Numbered from the stretch's first letter, positions 19,214 to 27,964 are shown. The stretch: DNA of 64,000 bases from an uncultured Gammaproteobacteria bacterium (GCA_938082545.1 CALKCL010000005.1:23677-87676); one strand, 5' to 3'. Made by a program: numbers and translations. Notes: generated from the sequence alone by a model not told the origin.

Positions 19214-19259
19214 TCTTCACATACTCTTCACGTCTTTCGTGATAGATTCACGTCGTGAA
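19214..19259 (+). promoter_or_regulatory. phased heptamer array (candidate response-regulator/operator site)
   Basis: TCTTCAC-ataC-TCTTCAC-gtct-TTCGTGA-taga-TTCACGT-CGTGAA. Four 7-mers sit at an exact 11-bp period, and the last forms the palindrome TTCACGtCGTGAA. The array lies 60-100 nt upstream of ATG 19317. Confidence 0.4.
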
Positions 19260-19316
19260 AACTGATAACCAGGGGAGGCGTGTTATTGAATAGAAAAAAA
19301 TTAAATAGGAGCTATT

Positions 19317-20699
19317 ATGAAAAGGCTTAAAATAAGTACTTTTTCGCTTTTTGTCATGACACTTTTTGCGTCAATGACAGTAAGCGCGTTTACTGCTGAA
19401 GATCACATTTCTTGGATAAAAACCAACCAAACAGCTGCCCCTCAATTTGTGGATGGGGACGTTATCACATTTGATAAAGCCGATCTCATCCGACCTTTTA
19501 TCCCCGCTGAACAGCAGTCAGACCTAATTTTCCCTGGGATGGAAATGGTAATTAAAGATGCTGGAGATCTCAGTCCGGCAGATGCATTTAAAGTCGCAAC
19601 GAAAAAACACTATGGCAGCGCAACAATAGCCGCCAATGGTGCTATTGAAAACTACCAAGCGGGGCTCCCGTTTGACCCTACAAAGTTCAAAGCAGGCAGC
19701 AAAGAAGACGGCTGGAAAATGGCTTGGAACTGGACATTTCGCTGGAATAACGACGGCTTAAAAATCAATGAAGTTCATTGGGCCTGGGTTCGTCAAGGTG
19801 GCGAACATGCGAAACATGAAATCATGTCTACAGGCAATGGGAAATATGCTAAATTTTATGAAGGGGGCGGCACGTTCGAGCGTGTACTAGCTGGTCCTTA
19901 TCAGCGCGTCATCATGTCTCATAGAGCAGACTTACCAGAGTCTGGGTATAGAATGAATGCAGGAAAAGGCTTCGCTAAAAACACTAATTTCCGAGAATAC
20001 ACTGGTTTTAATTCGCCGTTTGATATCGCAGGGACCGCTTTCCTTATCTTACGATATGACGATGTGAACAAAGCTGATGACTCTTGGGCTTATATCCCAA
20101 GTCTAAGACGTGTTCGTCGCATCTCAGTTGAAGTGAAATCAGACTCTCTGTTAGGTACAGACCATACATTAGAAGACTTCTACGGTTTCAATGGCCGACC
20201 AATGGAGCATACTTGGGAATACGTCGGCGAAGCGAATTTGCTCGCTGTTGTGCGATCACGTCACACGGATACCGTCTTTTATGGTCCAAACGGATGGGCG
20301 CCTAAAGACGACTGGGCTCTGAGAAAAGTCGACATATTGAGAATGTACCCTGGACGTTCTAATCATCCATATTCGACGAAATTTATCTATATGGGTAGAC
20401 AATCAGGTGAGGCATTCTATGCCAATGCCTTCGATAAAGCGGGTGAACTGTGGAAGATTTGGCAAATTCAAAAATCTTGGACAGAAGATCCGCAATATGC
20501 AGAGCAACAAAGCAAAGCTTTTAAAGGTGACGTGACAAACCCTGGAACACGAGTTCTTAGTTTCCAAAGTATCAACGTTATCGATAAACAAAATAATCGG
20601 GGTACATTAGTACCATGTCGCGGAGTAAGCTACCCAGACACCACTATCAAAAAAGTTAAACGTACACATGACGTTAACTATTTGACAGAAGGTCGATAG
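19317..20699 (+). CDS. DUF1329-type exported protein (LolA-like outer-membrane lipoprotein-sorting fold)
   Basis: 460 aa with a signal peptide. Size and blocks (DGWKMAWNW, WAYIPSLRRVRR) are typical of DUF1329. Confidence 0.6.
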   Translation: MKRLKISTFSLFVMTLFASMTVSAFTAEDHISWIKTNQTAAPQFVDGDVITFDKADLIRPFIPAEQQSDLIFPGMEMVIKDAGDLSPADAFKVATKKHYGSATIAANGAIENYQAGLPFDPTKFKAGSKEDGWKMAWNWTFRWNNDGLKINEVHWAWVRQGGEHAKHEIMSTGNGKYAKFYEGGGTFERVLAGPYQRVIMSHRADLPESGYRMNAGKGFAKNTNFREYTGFNSPFDIAGTAFLILRYDDVNKADDSWAYIPSLRRVRRISVEVKSDSLLGTDHTLEDFYGFNGRPMEHTWEYVGEANLLAVVRSRHTDTVFYGPNGWAPKDDWALRKVDILRMYPGRSNHPYSTKFIYMGRQSGEAFYANAFDKAGELWKIWQIQKSWTEDPQYAEQQSKAFKGDVTNPGTRVLSFQSINVIDKQNNRGTLVPCRGVSYPDTTIKKVKRTHDVNYLTEGR

Positions 20700-20710
20700 T
20701 AAAAAAGCTA

Positions 20711-20739
20711 AAGTGCTCGGCGTTGCCGAGCACTTTTTT
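20711..20739 (+). terminator. Rho-independent terminator
   Basis: AAGTGCTCGGC-gtt-GCCGAGCACTT followed by TTTT. Confidence 0.85.
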
Positions 20740-20753
20740 CACTTGCTCTAAAA
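20740..20753 (+). promoter_or_regulatory. CACTTGYTCTAAAA box, third copy
   Basis: CACTTGCTCTAAAA matches 13 of 14 positions of the box upstream of both sRNA-like units. A TAAAAT -10-like hexamer lies 43 nt downstream (20783-20788). Confidence 0.35.
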
Positions 20754-20915
20754 GTCGTGGATTTTTCATCTGATAATCCCCATAAAATATATCACCTCCT
20801 AGTTTAGACAGAACACTATATTAGGCCTATCTCAAGCTTCCAAAAAAAATCCCGAAACAAGAAGATTCGAGCTACTATAATCACCTTTATGAAAAATCAG
20901 AGGAAGTAGCAGCTA

Positions 20916-22268
20916 ATGAAAAAAGTTTATCAAAATGCAAACGAGGCTCTAGCTGGCCTACTTAGTGATGGGATGACTATAGCTTCAGGCGGCTTTGGTC
21001 TTTGTGGTATCCCGGAGAACTCCATCGAGACGCTCGCCAACTCGGAAGTGAAAGATCTGACGATAGTAGGGAACAACGCAGGCGTGGATGACTTTGGAAT
21101 GGGGTTGTTACTGGCGACTCATCAAGTGAAAAAAGTCGTGGCTTCTTACGTGGGAGAGAATAAAGAATTTGAACGGCAAGTCCTGGCAAAAGAGGTCCAG
21201 CTTGAGCTAAATCCCCAGGGCACATTAGCAGAGAGGATTCGCGCGGGTGGTGCTGGAATACCTGCGTTTTATACTAAAACTGCTTTTGGAACAGAGTTGG
21301 CAAAAGGAAAAGAAACTAAAGAATTTAATAACGAAAACTACGTTCTTGAAACGGCAATTAAAGCAGATCTCTCATTAGTTAAAGCATGGAAAGGCGACCA
21401 TGAGGGGAACCTAGTTTTCCGTAAAACAGCGCGAAACTTTAACCCCATGATTGCCACATGCGGGGAGATCTGTATTGCTGAAGTGGAAGAACTCGTTGAA
21501 GTAGGGGAGTTAGATCCCGATCAGATACACACTCCAGGTATATATGTTGATCGAATATTTGAAGGCACTAACTACGTTAAACGAATTGAATTCCCGACCA
21601 CCTCGGCTAATGCCGGTGGGCCAGGATCACCGAACAGAGAATTGATGGCTAGAAGGGCGGCAAAAGAACTGCACGATGGCTTCTATGTCAATTTAGGTAT
21701 CGGTATACCGACACTTGTCGCCAACTTCATCGCGGATAACATAAAAGTAACGCTCCAGTCGGAAAATGGTCTTCTCGGAATAGGTCCTTTCCCGGGTGAA
21801 AACGAAATAGACGCTGATCTAGTCAATGCTGGGAAACAAACGATAACCTCAATCCTCGGATCAAGTTTTTTTTCCAGTGCTGACTCCTTCGCGATGATCA
21901 GAGGTGGGCATATAGATATCTCAATACTTGGAGGCTTAGAAGTCGCTGCAAACGGAGACTTAGCTAACTTCATGGTCCCTGGGAAAATGATCAAAGGCCC
22001 TGGTGGCGCAATGGATCTTGTTTCAGGTGTGAAACGGGTAGTTGTTTTACTTGAACATACGGCTAAAGACGGGAGTCCGAAAATCCTAGATCAATGCGCT
22101 TTGCCTGTTACCGGAAAAAACGTTGTTGACCTGATAATAACGGAACTCTGCGTTTTTGAGGTGCTGCCTGATAATCAAGGACTTCTCCTTGTAGAATTAC
22201 AGCCTGGGGTGCAGCTCGAGGAAGTCGTTCAAAAAACTGGCTGTAACTTTAAAACTAAGTCAGACTAG
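20916..22268 (+). CDS. 3-oxoacid CoA-transferase, fused A+B subunits
   Basis: 450 aa. The N half resembles subunit A (ASGGFGLCGIPE) and the C half resembles subunit B with the catalytic SENG motif (LQSENGLLGIGP). Confidence 0.85.
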   Translation: MKKVYQNANEALAGLLSDGMTIASGGFGLCGIPENSIETLANSEVKDLTIVGNNAGVDDFGMGLLLATHQVKKVVASYVGENKEFERQVLAKEVQLELNPQGTLAERIRAGGAGIPAFYTKTAFGTELAKGKETKEFNNENYVLETAIKADLSLVKAWKGDHEGNLVFRKTARNFNPMIATCGEICIAEVEELVEVGELDPDQIHTPGIYVDRIFEGTNYVKRIEFPTTSANAGGPGSPNRELMARRAAKELHDGFYVNLGIGIPTLVANFIADNIKVTLQSENGLLGIGPFPGENEIDADLVNAGKQTITSILGSSFFSSADSFAMIRGGHIDISILGGLEVAANGDLANFMVPGKMIKGPGGAMDLVSGVKRVVVLLEHTAKDGSPKILDQCALPVTGKNVVDLIITELCVFEVLPDNQGLLLVELQPGVQLEEVVQKTGCNFKTKSD

Positions 22269-22348
22269 AGCTCATGACGCCCTGATCACAGCGGTAATGG
22301 CTAAATGTAGCTGCCGTTAAAAAGACTACGTAAAAAGGAGCGAAAGAG

Positions 22349-22645
22349 ATGGGAACAAACCCTGATGATCTGCAATTAATCGAGGAATTCAAAAAGAATC
22401 CTATTGGCCATCATAGTCCAGATTTACAACGATTATTAAACCGCTTCCGGTCCGTTCCAATGGAAAACAAATATTGTCTCGTTGTAATTAAACCGAATCG
22501 AGAGTGGCAGCTTGCAAAAACCACAGGGAAACCTGGGGTCGCTGTAAAACTACTGCAGAAAAAATTCACTAGCCAATCCGAAGCCGAATGGTATGTTTTT
22601 CGAAAACGCTGGAAAAACCTCACCGGCGAAACGTTAAAACCATAG
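22349..22645 (+). CDS. small protein, candidate alpha-like partner of the DMFase-like enzyme (locus 1)
   Basis: 98 aa with a good SD (AAGGAG). It is homologous to ORF 36424..36846 (LQRLLNRFRSVP vs LKRLVDKLRMVP). The position mirrors the dmfA1-dmfA2 order. Confidence 0.55.
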   Translation: MGTNPDDLQLIEEFKKNPIGHHSPDLQRLLNRFRSVPMENKYCLVVIKPNREWQLAKTTGKPGVAVKLLQKKFTSQSEAEWYVFRKRWKNLTGETLKP

Positions 22646-22730
22646 CCAGAGATTGTCTCCATAAAGAAAGCACGTTAATTACCTAAATGTCTACAGTACT
22701 TAAATTGAATAAGGGGAGTGTTTAAAATTC

Positions 22731-24992
22731 ATGAAAATTACAGCCTATGCAGATAAAACAAGTGTCGCACCTGATGAAACTATTAACTTCATGGTCAACT
22801 GTAATGCCAAGGAGTTTAAAGCAGACTTTGTAAAGTTAATTTGCGGAGACATGAATCCAGACGGGCCTGGCTATCAAGAAAAAGTCATCCGAACTAAAGC
22901 AACTGGCACCTACCCAGGCAGAAAGCAGACTATTTATGCCGGATCATTTGTTCAAATCGAAGACAACGAAAAATTTAATCAAATTGAAAGCTTTACTTTA
23001 AAGGCGTTCATTTGGCCAACCACCCCAAATAAAGGGCATCAAACCATTATTAGCAACTGGTCAGAAAAAGATCAAAATGGTATGTCACTGGACATTAGTC
23101 CTAACAACAAAGGTCTGATGTTAACAATAGGTTCAGGATCTAATAAAGTTCAGTGTGTCGTCTCTGGGAAACCATTTTTGGAAAGAGAATGGTATTTTGT
23201 GGCAGCGACCTACAATGCAGCCACCAAGCGAATTACTCTGATTCAAGAGCCTTTGCATACGCACGCAAAAACACGCGACCGAAGTATTAAAAATGAAAAA
23301 GCCAAATTCGTCACGCCACCAAAATCAAATCGTCGGATCACTATTGGCGCGCAATTTAAAAGAACAGACAAAGGTCGCACGGTCTGCCAAAACTACTTCA
23401 ATGGTAAAATTGACAGTCCTCTTGTAGCCGCAAGAGCGCTAACAGCCAACCAAGTAGAACAACTCAAAACGGGCTACGATAAAATTAGAATGTCCAATGA
23501 CGTAGTTGCCGCGTGGGACTTCTCAACAGATATCTCTTCATTAAAAATTTCTGACATTTCTGGAAACAATATCCATGGGAAAGTTGTCAATATGCCAGTG
23601 AAGGCTATGACTGGCTGGAACTGGGATGGGGAAGAAATGAACTGGAAGCATGCGCCGAAACAATATGGTGCGATTCACTTTCACGATGATGATGTTCACG
23701 ATGCGGGCTGGGAAATAGATGTTTCATTGAAGGTCCCCAAGAATCTGAAAAGTGGCCTTTACGCTATCCGGCTCCGCGCCGGTAAAGATCTGACAGATGA
23801 AGACTACGTGCCGTTTGCTATTCTTCCCCCAAGAGGAAAGGTGACGGCTGATATCTGCTTCATCTTGCCCACCGCGACCTATATGGCATATGCCAATGAG
23901 CACATGGGTACCGACTCTCCCATAGCACAGCTACTTGGTGGTCGTCTTGTCGAACACGAAAGACAAGATCTCTACCGTAATGAGCACAGAGAATATGGAG
24001 CTAGTTGCTATGACACTCACACCGACGGCTCAGGGGTCTGCTACTCATCGCGACTTCGACCAATATTAAATATGCGACCAAAATATAAAAGCTGGCTGGG
24101 AGGAGAAGGCTCTACCCTATGGCAATTTAACGCAGACACGCATATTACTAACTGGCTTGAAGCTCAAGGCTATAATTACGATGTCATTACTGATGAAGAA
24201 CTTCACCACGATGGAGTCTGCGCCTTAGAAAAATATCGAGTAGTCCTGTCATCCTCTCACCCTGAGTATCATTCCAAAGAAATGTGGGACGCCATGTCGA
24301 CCTATCAAAAGGGCGGAGGTCGCTTAATGTATCTCGGTGCGAACGGATGGTACTGGCGTATTGCCTTTCATCAAGAAGCCGAAGGCGTCTTAGAAGTCCG
24401 GCGAGCAGAAGGGGGCATACGCGGCTGGGAAGCACAAACAGGAGAATATTATCACTCCTTTACCGGAGAATACGGTGGACTATGGCGACGAAATGGGAGA
24501 GCACCTCAAAAAATTGTTGGTACGGGGTTCACGGCACAAGGGTTTGACATCTCGTCTTACTACAAAAGGAACCCTGACAGTTTCAAAAAACCAGTCAAAT
24601 GGATAATGGATGGCGTCAAAGATGACGAGCTCATTGGTAACTTTGGACTTATTGGCGGAGGTGCTGCGGGACTTGAACTCGATCGTGCTGATACAAAACT
24701 AGGGACACATCCTGATGCATATGTACTCGCATCTTCCGAAGATCACACTGATCTATACTTAGTCGTTTGTGAGGAGCTCTTGATTAATTATCCCGGACTA
24801 GGAGGACAAGAGAACCGTCTCGTTAGAGCAGATCTTGTATTCTACGAGACGGATCAAGGTGGAGGCGTGTTTTCAACCAGTTCTATCGCATGGCCTGGGT
24901 CGCTTTCACATAATAATTATGACAACAACGTGTCAAAAATCACCAAAAACGTGCTTGATCGCTTTGTCGCAGAGGGCCCTCTGCTAGACTAG
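22731..24992 (+). CDS. N,N-dimethylformamidase beta (large) subunit-like protein, paralog 1
   Basis: 753 aa. Blocks GDMNPDGPGYQE, AAWDFS, QYGAIHFHDD, TATYMAYANE, SSRLRPILNMRPKY, SSHPEY, GLIGGGAAGLELDR and YDNNVSKITKNVL match my recollection of the DmfA2 family. Confidence 0.75.
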   Translation: MKITAYADKTSVAPDETINFMVNCNAKEFKADFVKLICGDMNPDGPGYQEKVIRTKATGTYPGRKQTIYAGSFVQIEDNEKFNQIESFTLKAFIWPTTPNKGHQTIISNWSEKDQNGMSLDISPNNKGLMLTIGSGSNKVQCVVSGKPFLEREWYFVAATYNAATKRITLIQEPLHTHAKTRDRSIKNEKAKFVTPPKSNRRITIGAQFKRTDKGRTVCQNYFNGKIDSPLVAARALTANQVEQLKTGYDKIRMSNDVVAAWDFSTDISSLKISDISGNNIHGKVVNMPVKAMTGWNWDGEEMNWKHAPKQYGAIHFHDDDVHDAGWEIDVSLKVPKNLKSGLYAIRLRAGKDLTDEDYVPFAILPPRGKVTADICFILPTATYMAYANEHMGTDSPIAQLLGGRLVEHERQDLYRNEHREYGASCYDTHTDGSGVCYSSRLRPILNMRPKYKSWLGGEGSTLWQFNADTHITNWLEAQGYNYDVITDEELHHDGVCALEKYRVVLSSSHPEYHSKEMWDAMSTYQKGGGRLMYLGANGWYWRIAFHQEAEGVLEVRRAEGGIRGWEAQTGEYYHSFTGEYGGLWRRNGRAPQKIVGTGFTAQGFDISSYYKRNPDSFKKPVKWIMDGVKDDELIGNFGLIGGGAAGLELDRADTKLGTHPDAYVLASSEDHTDLYLVVCEELLINYPGLGGQENRLVRADLVFYETDQGGGVFSTSSIAWPGSLSHNNYDNNVSKITKNVLDRFVAEGPLLD

Positions 24993-25035
24993 AGAATCTC
25001 GCAAAGGGCTTTGGAAGTTATGTTTCTTTTTTAGG

Positions 25036-25087
25036 AAAACACTTGTTCTAAAAAAAGTATTGCGGCGCAGGATACCGACACTATAAT
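25036..25087 (+). promoter_or_regulatory. promoter-like region of sRNA-like unit A
   Basis: The 18-nt box AAAACACTTGTTCTAAAA (25036-25053), then TTGCGG (25060-25065), a 16-nt spacer, then TATAAT (25082-25087). Confidence 0.45.
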
Positions 25088-25093
25088 TAGCCT

Positions 25094-25177
25094 TCCTTCT
25101 TGGTAATTCGACCTCCCCTCGAGTCCAAGTTGGAACCTCTCAAAAGAAGCCGGACCCCAGTGGTCCGGCTTCTTTTT
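25094..25177 (+). ncRNA. candidate sRNA A (~85 nt)
   Basis: No ATG inside. The hairpin AUUCGA-CCUCCCC-UCGAGU presents a C-rich loop. It ends in the terminator AGAAGCCGGACC-ccagt-GGTCCGGCTTCT plus TTTT (25145-25177). Confidence 0.45.
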
Positions 25178-25204
25178 CTACTAAAACATTTATTCCAAAA
25201 CAGA

Positions 25205-25256
25205 AAAACACTTGTTCTAAAATAATGTTGCAACGCAATATAATATTAGATAGAGT
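25205..25256 (+). promoter_or_regulatory. promoter-like region of sRNA-like unit B
   Basis: The same 18-nt box (25205-25222), then TTGCAA (25228-25233), a 17-nt spacer, then TAGAGT (25251-25256). The geometry matches unit A. Confidence 0.4.
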
Positions 25257-25262
25257 ATACGG

Positions 25263-25380
25263 GTCTGAGAAAACTTGTCCTCCCCTCAAGTTCTCAGACT
25301 GCCCAATTAGCAATTCGACTCCCCTCGAATCTAGCTGGGATTCTCCCCTAAACCGGACTTTCATAGTCCGGTTTTTTTTT
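25263..25380 (+). ncRNA. candidate sRNA B (~118 nt), a homolog of unit A
   Basis: No ATG inside. Two hairpins present C-rich loops (GUCUGAG..CUUG-UCCUCCCCU-CAAG..CUCAGAC and AUUCGA-CUCCCC-UCGAAU). The terminator is AAACCGGACT-ttcat-AGTCCGGTTT plus a T run (25350-25380). Confidence 0.45.
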
Positions 25381-25440
25381 GCTTCCTCCTAAAGAGACAC
25401 GCTAGAAACGAGTCGTTTTAAAAATCATTGCCTAAACGTA

Positions 25441-25968
25441 TTAACCGGCACCGCTGCGTTTTAACAACAACTCACATACCTCTCGCACTGCACCATGTCC
25501 CCCGACCCGATTACAGACGTAATCAGCATTAGCGACAATTTGAGGCAGTGCATCGTTCGGACATGCTGAGAAACCAACTGCAAGGATGGAAGCTAAATCA
25601 TTAATGTCATCCCCTACAAATGCCACTTCAGACATCTCTATATCCCATTCGTTAACAAGCCCCTCTAAAACCTGCAGTTTATCAGTGACGCCAGGGTAAT
25701 AGCTTTGAATGCTAAGTTTTTCCATGCGCGCGCGAGTAGGGGCATCGTCCTCACCAGTCATCACACAGATTAATACGCCTGTACTCTCCAAAAGCTGCAT
25801 TCCTTTGGCGTCTCGAGTGTCAAACTTTTTTAACTCAATACCTTGAGCTCCGTAATACATCCCACCATCAGTAAGAGTGCCATCAACGTCGACTACCAAA
25901 GCTCGAATCTTGGGTATGAGTCTCGCTGAGGATTGTGTAGCTTTTTTTCTATCAGTCATGATATTCAC
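25441..25968 (-). CDS. KdsC-family HAD-IIIA phosphatase
   Basis: 175 aa with VDVDGTLTDG and VGDDINDL motifs. Confidence 0.7.
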   Translation of the reverse strand: MNIMTDRKKATQSSARLIPKIRALVVDVDGTLTDGGMYYGAQGIELKKFDTRDAKGMQLLESTGVLICVMTGEDDAPTRARMEKLSIQSYYPGVTDKLQVLEGLVNEWDIEMSEVAFVGDDINDLASILAVGFSACPNDALPQIVANADYVCNRVGGHGAVREVCELLLKRSGAG

Positions 25969-26114
25969 GGCTCACTATAAATTAACCGGGCAAGGCTAAA
26001 CGCTCGCACCAACCTACTGCGGTTAACAAGCATTGAATAATATTGTTTTGCAGTCTAGAGTCTATCATTCAAGATAGGTTTTACGAATCATTATAGATAG
26101 CAGGAGGTTTTAGT

Positions 26115-27125
26115 ATGCAAATCATAAAGCGCCGTGAGTCTCAAAAATATGCGTTCGACAATCGGGATGAACCTGCGTTACATGTCATAGAGGGGGAAAT
26201 ATTTCAGGTCGAAACAGACGATGCTCTCTCTGGAATGATTGATGATGACAGCGATGACCCGTTCATCCAAGGATTCGACGGGAAACACTTTTCAGAACTA
26301 GCAAAGGCAACTCCAGGTCTATTCAACCCAGTAGTAGGGCCAATTCACATCAAAGGATGCAAAGCAGGCGATGTCCTGGCAGTACATATCGATTGGGTTG
26401 ATCCGTGGAGATATGGCTTTTCTGGAATTTTACCGCGTATCGGACCGCTTGGAGACTCTCTTCGATATCAAGATTGTGCGGATGGACACGTACAGGTGAT
26501 AGAGCATTTGGCTGGTCCTAGCGGATTTACACGCGATGGCACTGCAAAGTACTCAGAAAATCTCAGCTGGCCCCTGGAACCCTTTATAGGGACTTTGGCT
26601 ACCGCGCCAGAACGCGAGGTGTTCACCTCCGTTCTAGGACAAGGCCCATTCGGTGGAAATATTGACTGTCGAGATATATGTGCGGGACACACAATCTACC
26701 TGAATTCCTACAATGATGGGGGACTCCTTTACATAGGGGATGTTCATGGAGGACAAGGAGATACTGAGTTTACTGGCATCGCTGATGAGACTCGCGCTAC
26801 GGTGCAGTTGTCATGCACCGTGATACCCAATAAGCGGAATCCCTGCGTGAGAATAGAAAAACCGGATAGCATCGTAGCAGTTGGCATCAACTTACCTATG
26901 GAACATGCTGTCTATGATGCAACGGACAATCTAATGCAGTGGCTCGCTGATGAGTATGACGTCCCTCCCAAAGATCTATATATAAGAATGTCATGTGACC
27001 CAGCGTTTAGAATCCGCACTTATCAAATGGTTCGGTTACAAACTATTCAGCACGTTGTAGGTGCAGAATATCCTAAGAGTCGCCTTTTTAACGCCATAGA
27101 TTCTCCGACTAAAGTTAACTCATGA
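26115..27125 (+). CDS. acetamidase/formamidase (FmdA/AmdA) family protein
   Basis: 336 aa with PVVGPIHIKGCKAGDVLAVHI and the GDVHGGQGDTE block. Confidence 0.75.
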   Translation: MQIIKRRESQKYAFDNRDEPALHVIEGEIFQVETDDALSGMIDDDSDDPFIQGFDGKHFSELAKATPGLFNPVVGPIHIKGCKAGDVLAVHIDWVDPWRYGFSGILPRIGPLGDSLRYQDCADGHVQVIEHLAGPSGFTRDGTAKYSENLSWPLEPFIGTLATAPEREVFTSVLGQGPFGGNIDCRDICAGHTIYLNSYNDGGLLYIGDVHGGQGDTEFTGIADETRATVQLSCTVIPNKRNPCVRIEKPDSIVAVGINLPMEHAVYDATDNLMQWLADEYDVPPKDLYIRMSCDPAFRIRTYQMVRLQTIQHVVGAEYPKSRLFNAIDSPTKVNS

Positions 27126-27964
27126 GAATTGGGGTATCTCTACCTATTCGTGAACTCAAGAACGACCTCGCAGCAATAGTAGCGTTTGCACAACTCGCAG
27201 AGGAATTAGGCTTCACTCATTTAAGAATACCAGATCAAATACTGAGGCCGAACAACCAACATCTTCATGAACCATTAATATTAATGGGATACCTCGCCGC
27301 CCTCACCGAGAAGATCGAACTGGCCCCATCTGTAATCGTCTTACCTTTGAGAGAGACAATTCTCCTCGCAAAACAAACTGCGGAAATCGATATATTATCA
27401 GGAGGTCGACTTAGACTTGGCATTGGAGTGGGTGGGAGTGAAGAGGAATATCAGTTCGTGGGAGAGGACTATAAAACTCGTGGAAAGAAATGCGACGAAC
27501 AAATGAAACTACTAAAGGAACTGTGGTGCAAAGAAAGTGTCGCATTTATAGGCGATTGGCATGATATCTCGAAGGCTGGAATTAACCCGCTACCTATACA
27601 ACGGCCTATACCCATGTGGATCGGCGCGAAGGCATCGCCAAGACAGAGTGTCATTAATAGAATTGGTACCTTATCCGATGGATGGTTTGTATTATGCACT
27701 CCAGAAGAATTTCCAAAACTTAACATGGAAATTAATGATATCGCCAAAAAAAGCGGTCGCGACCCCAAAGAAATTGGCACTGAAGCAGGGGTCGCAGTAG
27801 TAGGCCCACGCGAGCATGAATGGCAAAGCCGAGTGAAAGTGTGGCAAAGCAAAGGATTGTCGCACCTATGCATCAGGACCCTAGGAGGAGGGCTTTCTCC
27901 AAAGCAACACCTTGATAAGTTGCGGGAAATTTCAACCGAACTCGAAGAAATAAACGCTTATTAA
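27122..27964 (+). CDS. LLM-class (luciferase-like) flavin/deazaflavin-dependent oxidoreductase
   Basis: 280 aa with GGRLRLGIGVGGSEEEY. It has an ATGA overlap with the formamidase gene. Confidence 0.75.
   Translation: MRIGVSLPIRELKNDLAAIVAFAQLAEELGFTHLRIPDQILRPNNQHLHEPLILMGYLAALTEKIELAPSVIVLPLRETILLAKQTAEIDILSGGRLRLGIGVGGSEEEYQFVGEDYKTRGKKCDEQMKLLKELWCKESVAFIGDWHDISKAGINPLPIQRPIPMWIGAKASPRQSVINRIGTLSDGWFVLCTPEEFPKLNMEINDIAKKSGRDPKEIGTEAGVAVVGPREHEWQSRVKVWQSKGLSHLCIRTLGGGLSPKQHLDKLREISTELEEINAY

Noticed and set aside
25140-25364. A 74-aa minus-strand ORF across the sRNA-like units.
   Set aside because: It spans two terminator hairpins and promoter-like boxes, has no SD and has odd composition. 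The duplicated non-coding unit structure explains the region better.
25036-25380. The tandem units as a CRISPR array, as sigma-54 promoters, or as Fur-box regulated PrrF-like RNAs.
   Set aside because: There are only two units, they are not short identical repeats with spacers, and no cas genes are present. There is no GG at -24 relative to the TTGC. There is only a vague AT-rich resemblance to a Fur box, and only in unit B.
27122-27964. Calling the two LLM enzymes F420-dependent.
   Set aside because: The subfamily resemblance is only by eye. No F420 biosynthesis genes are visible in the window, so only the generic LLM class is claimed.
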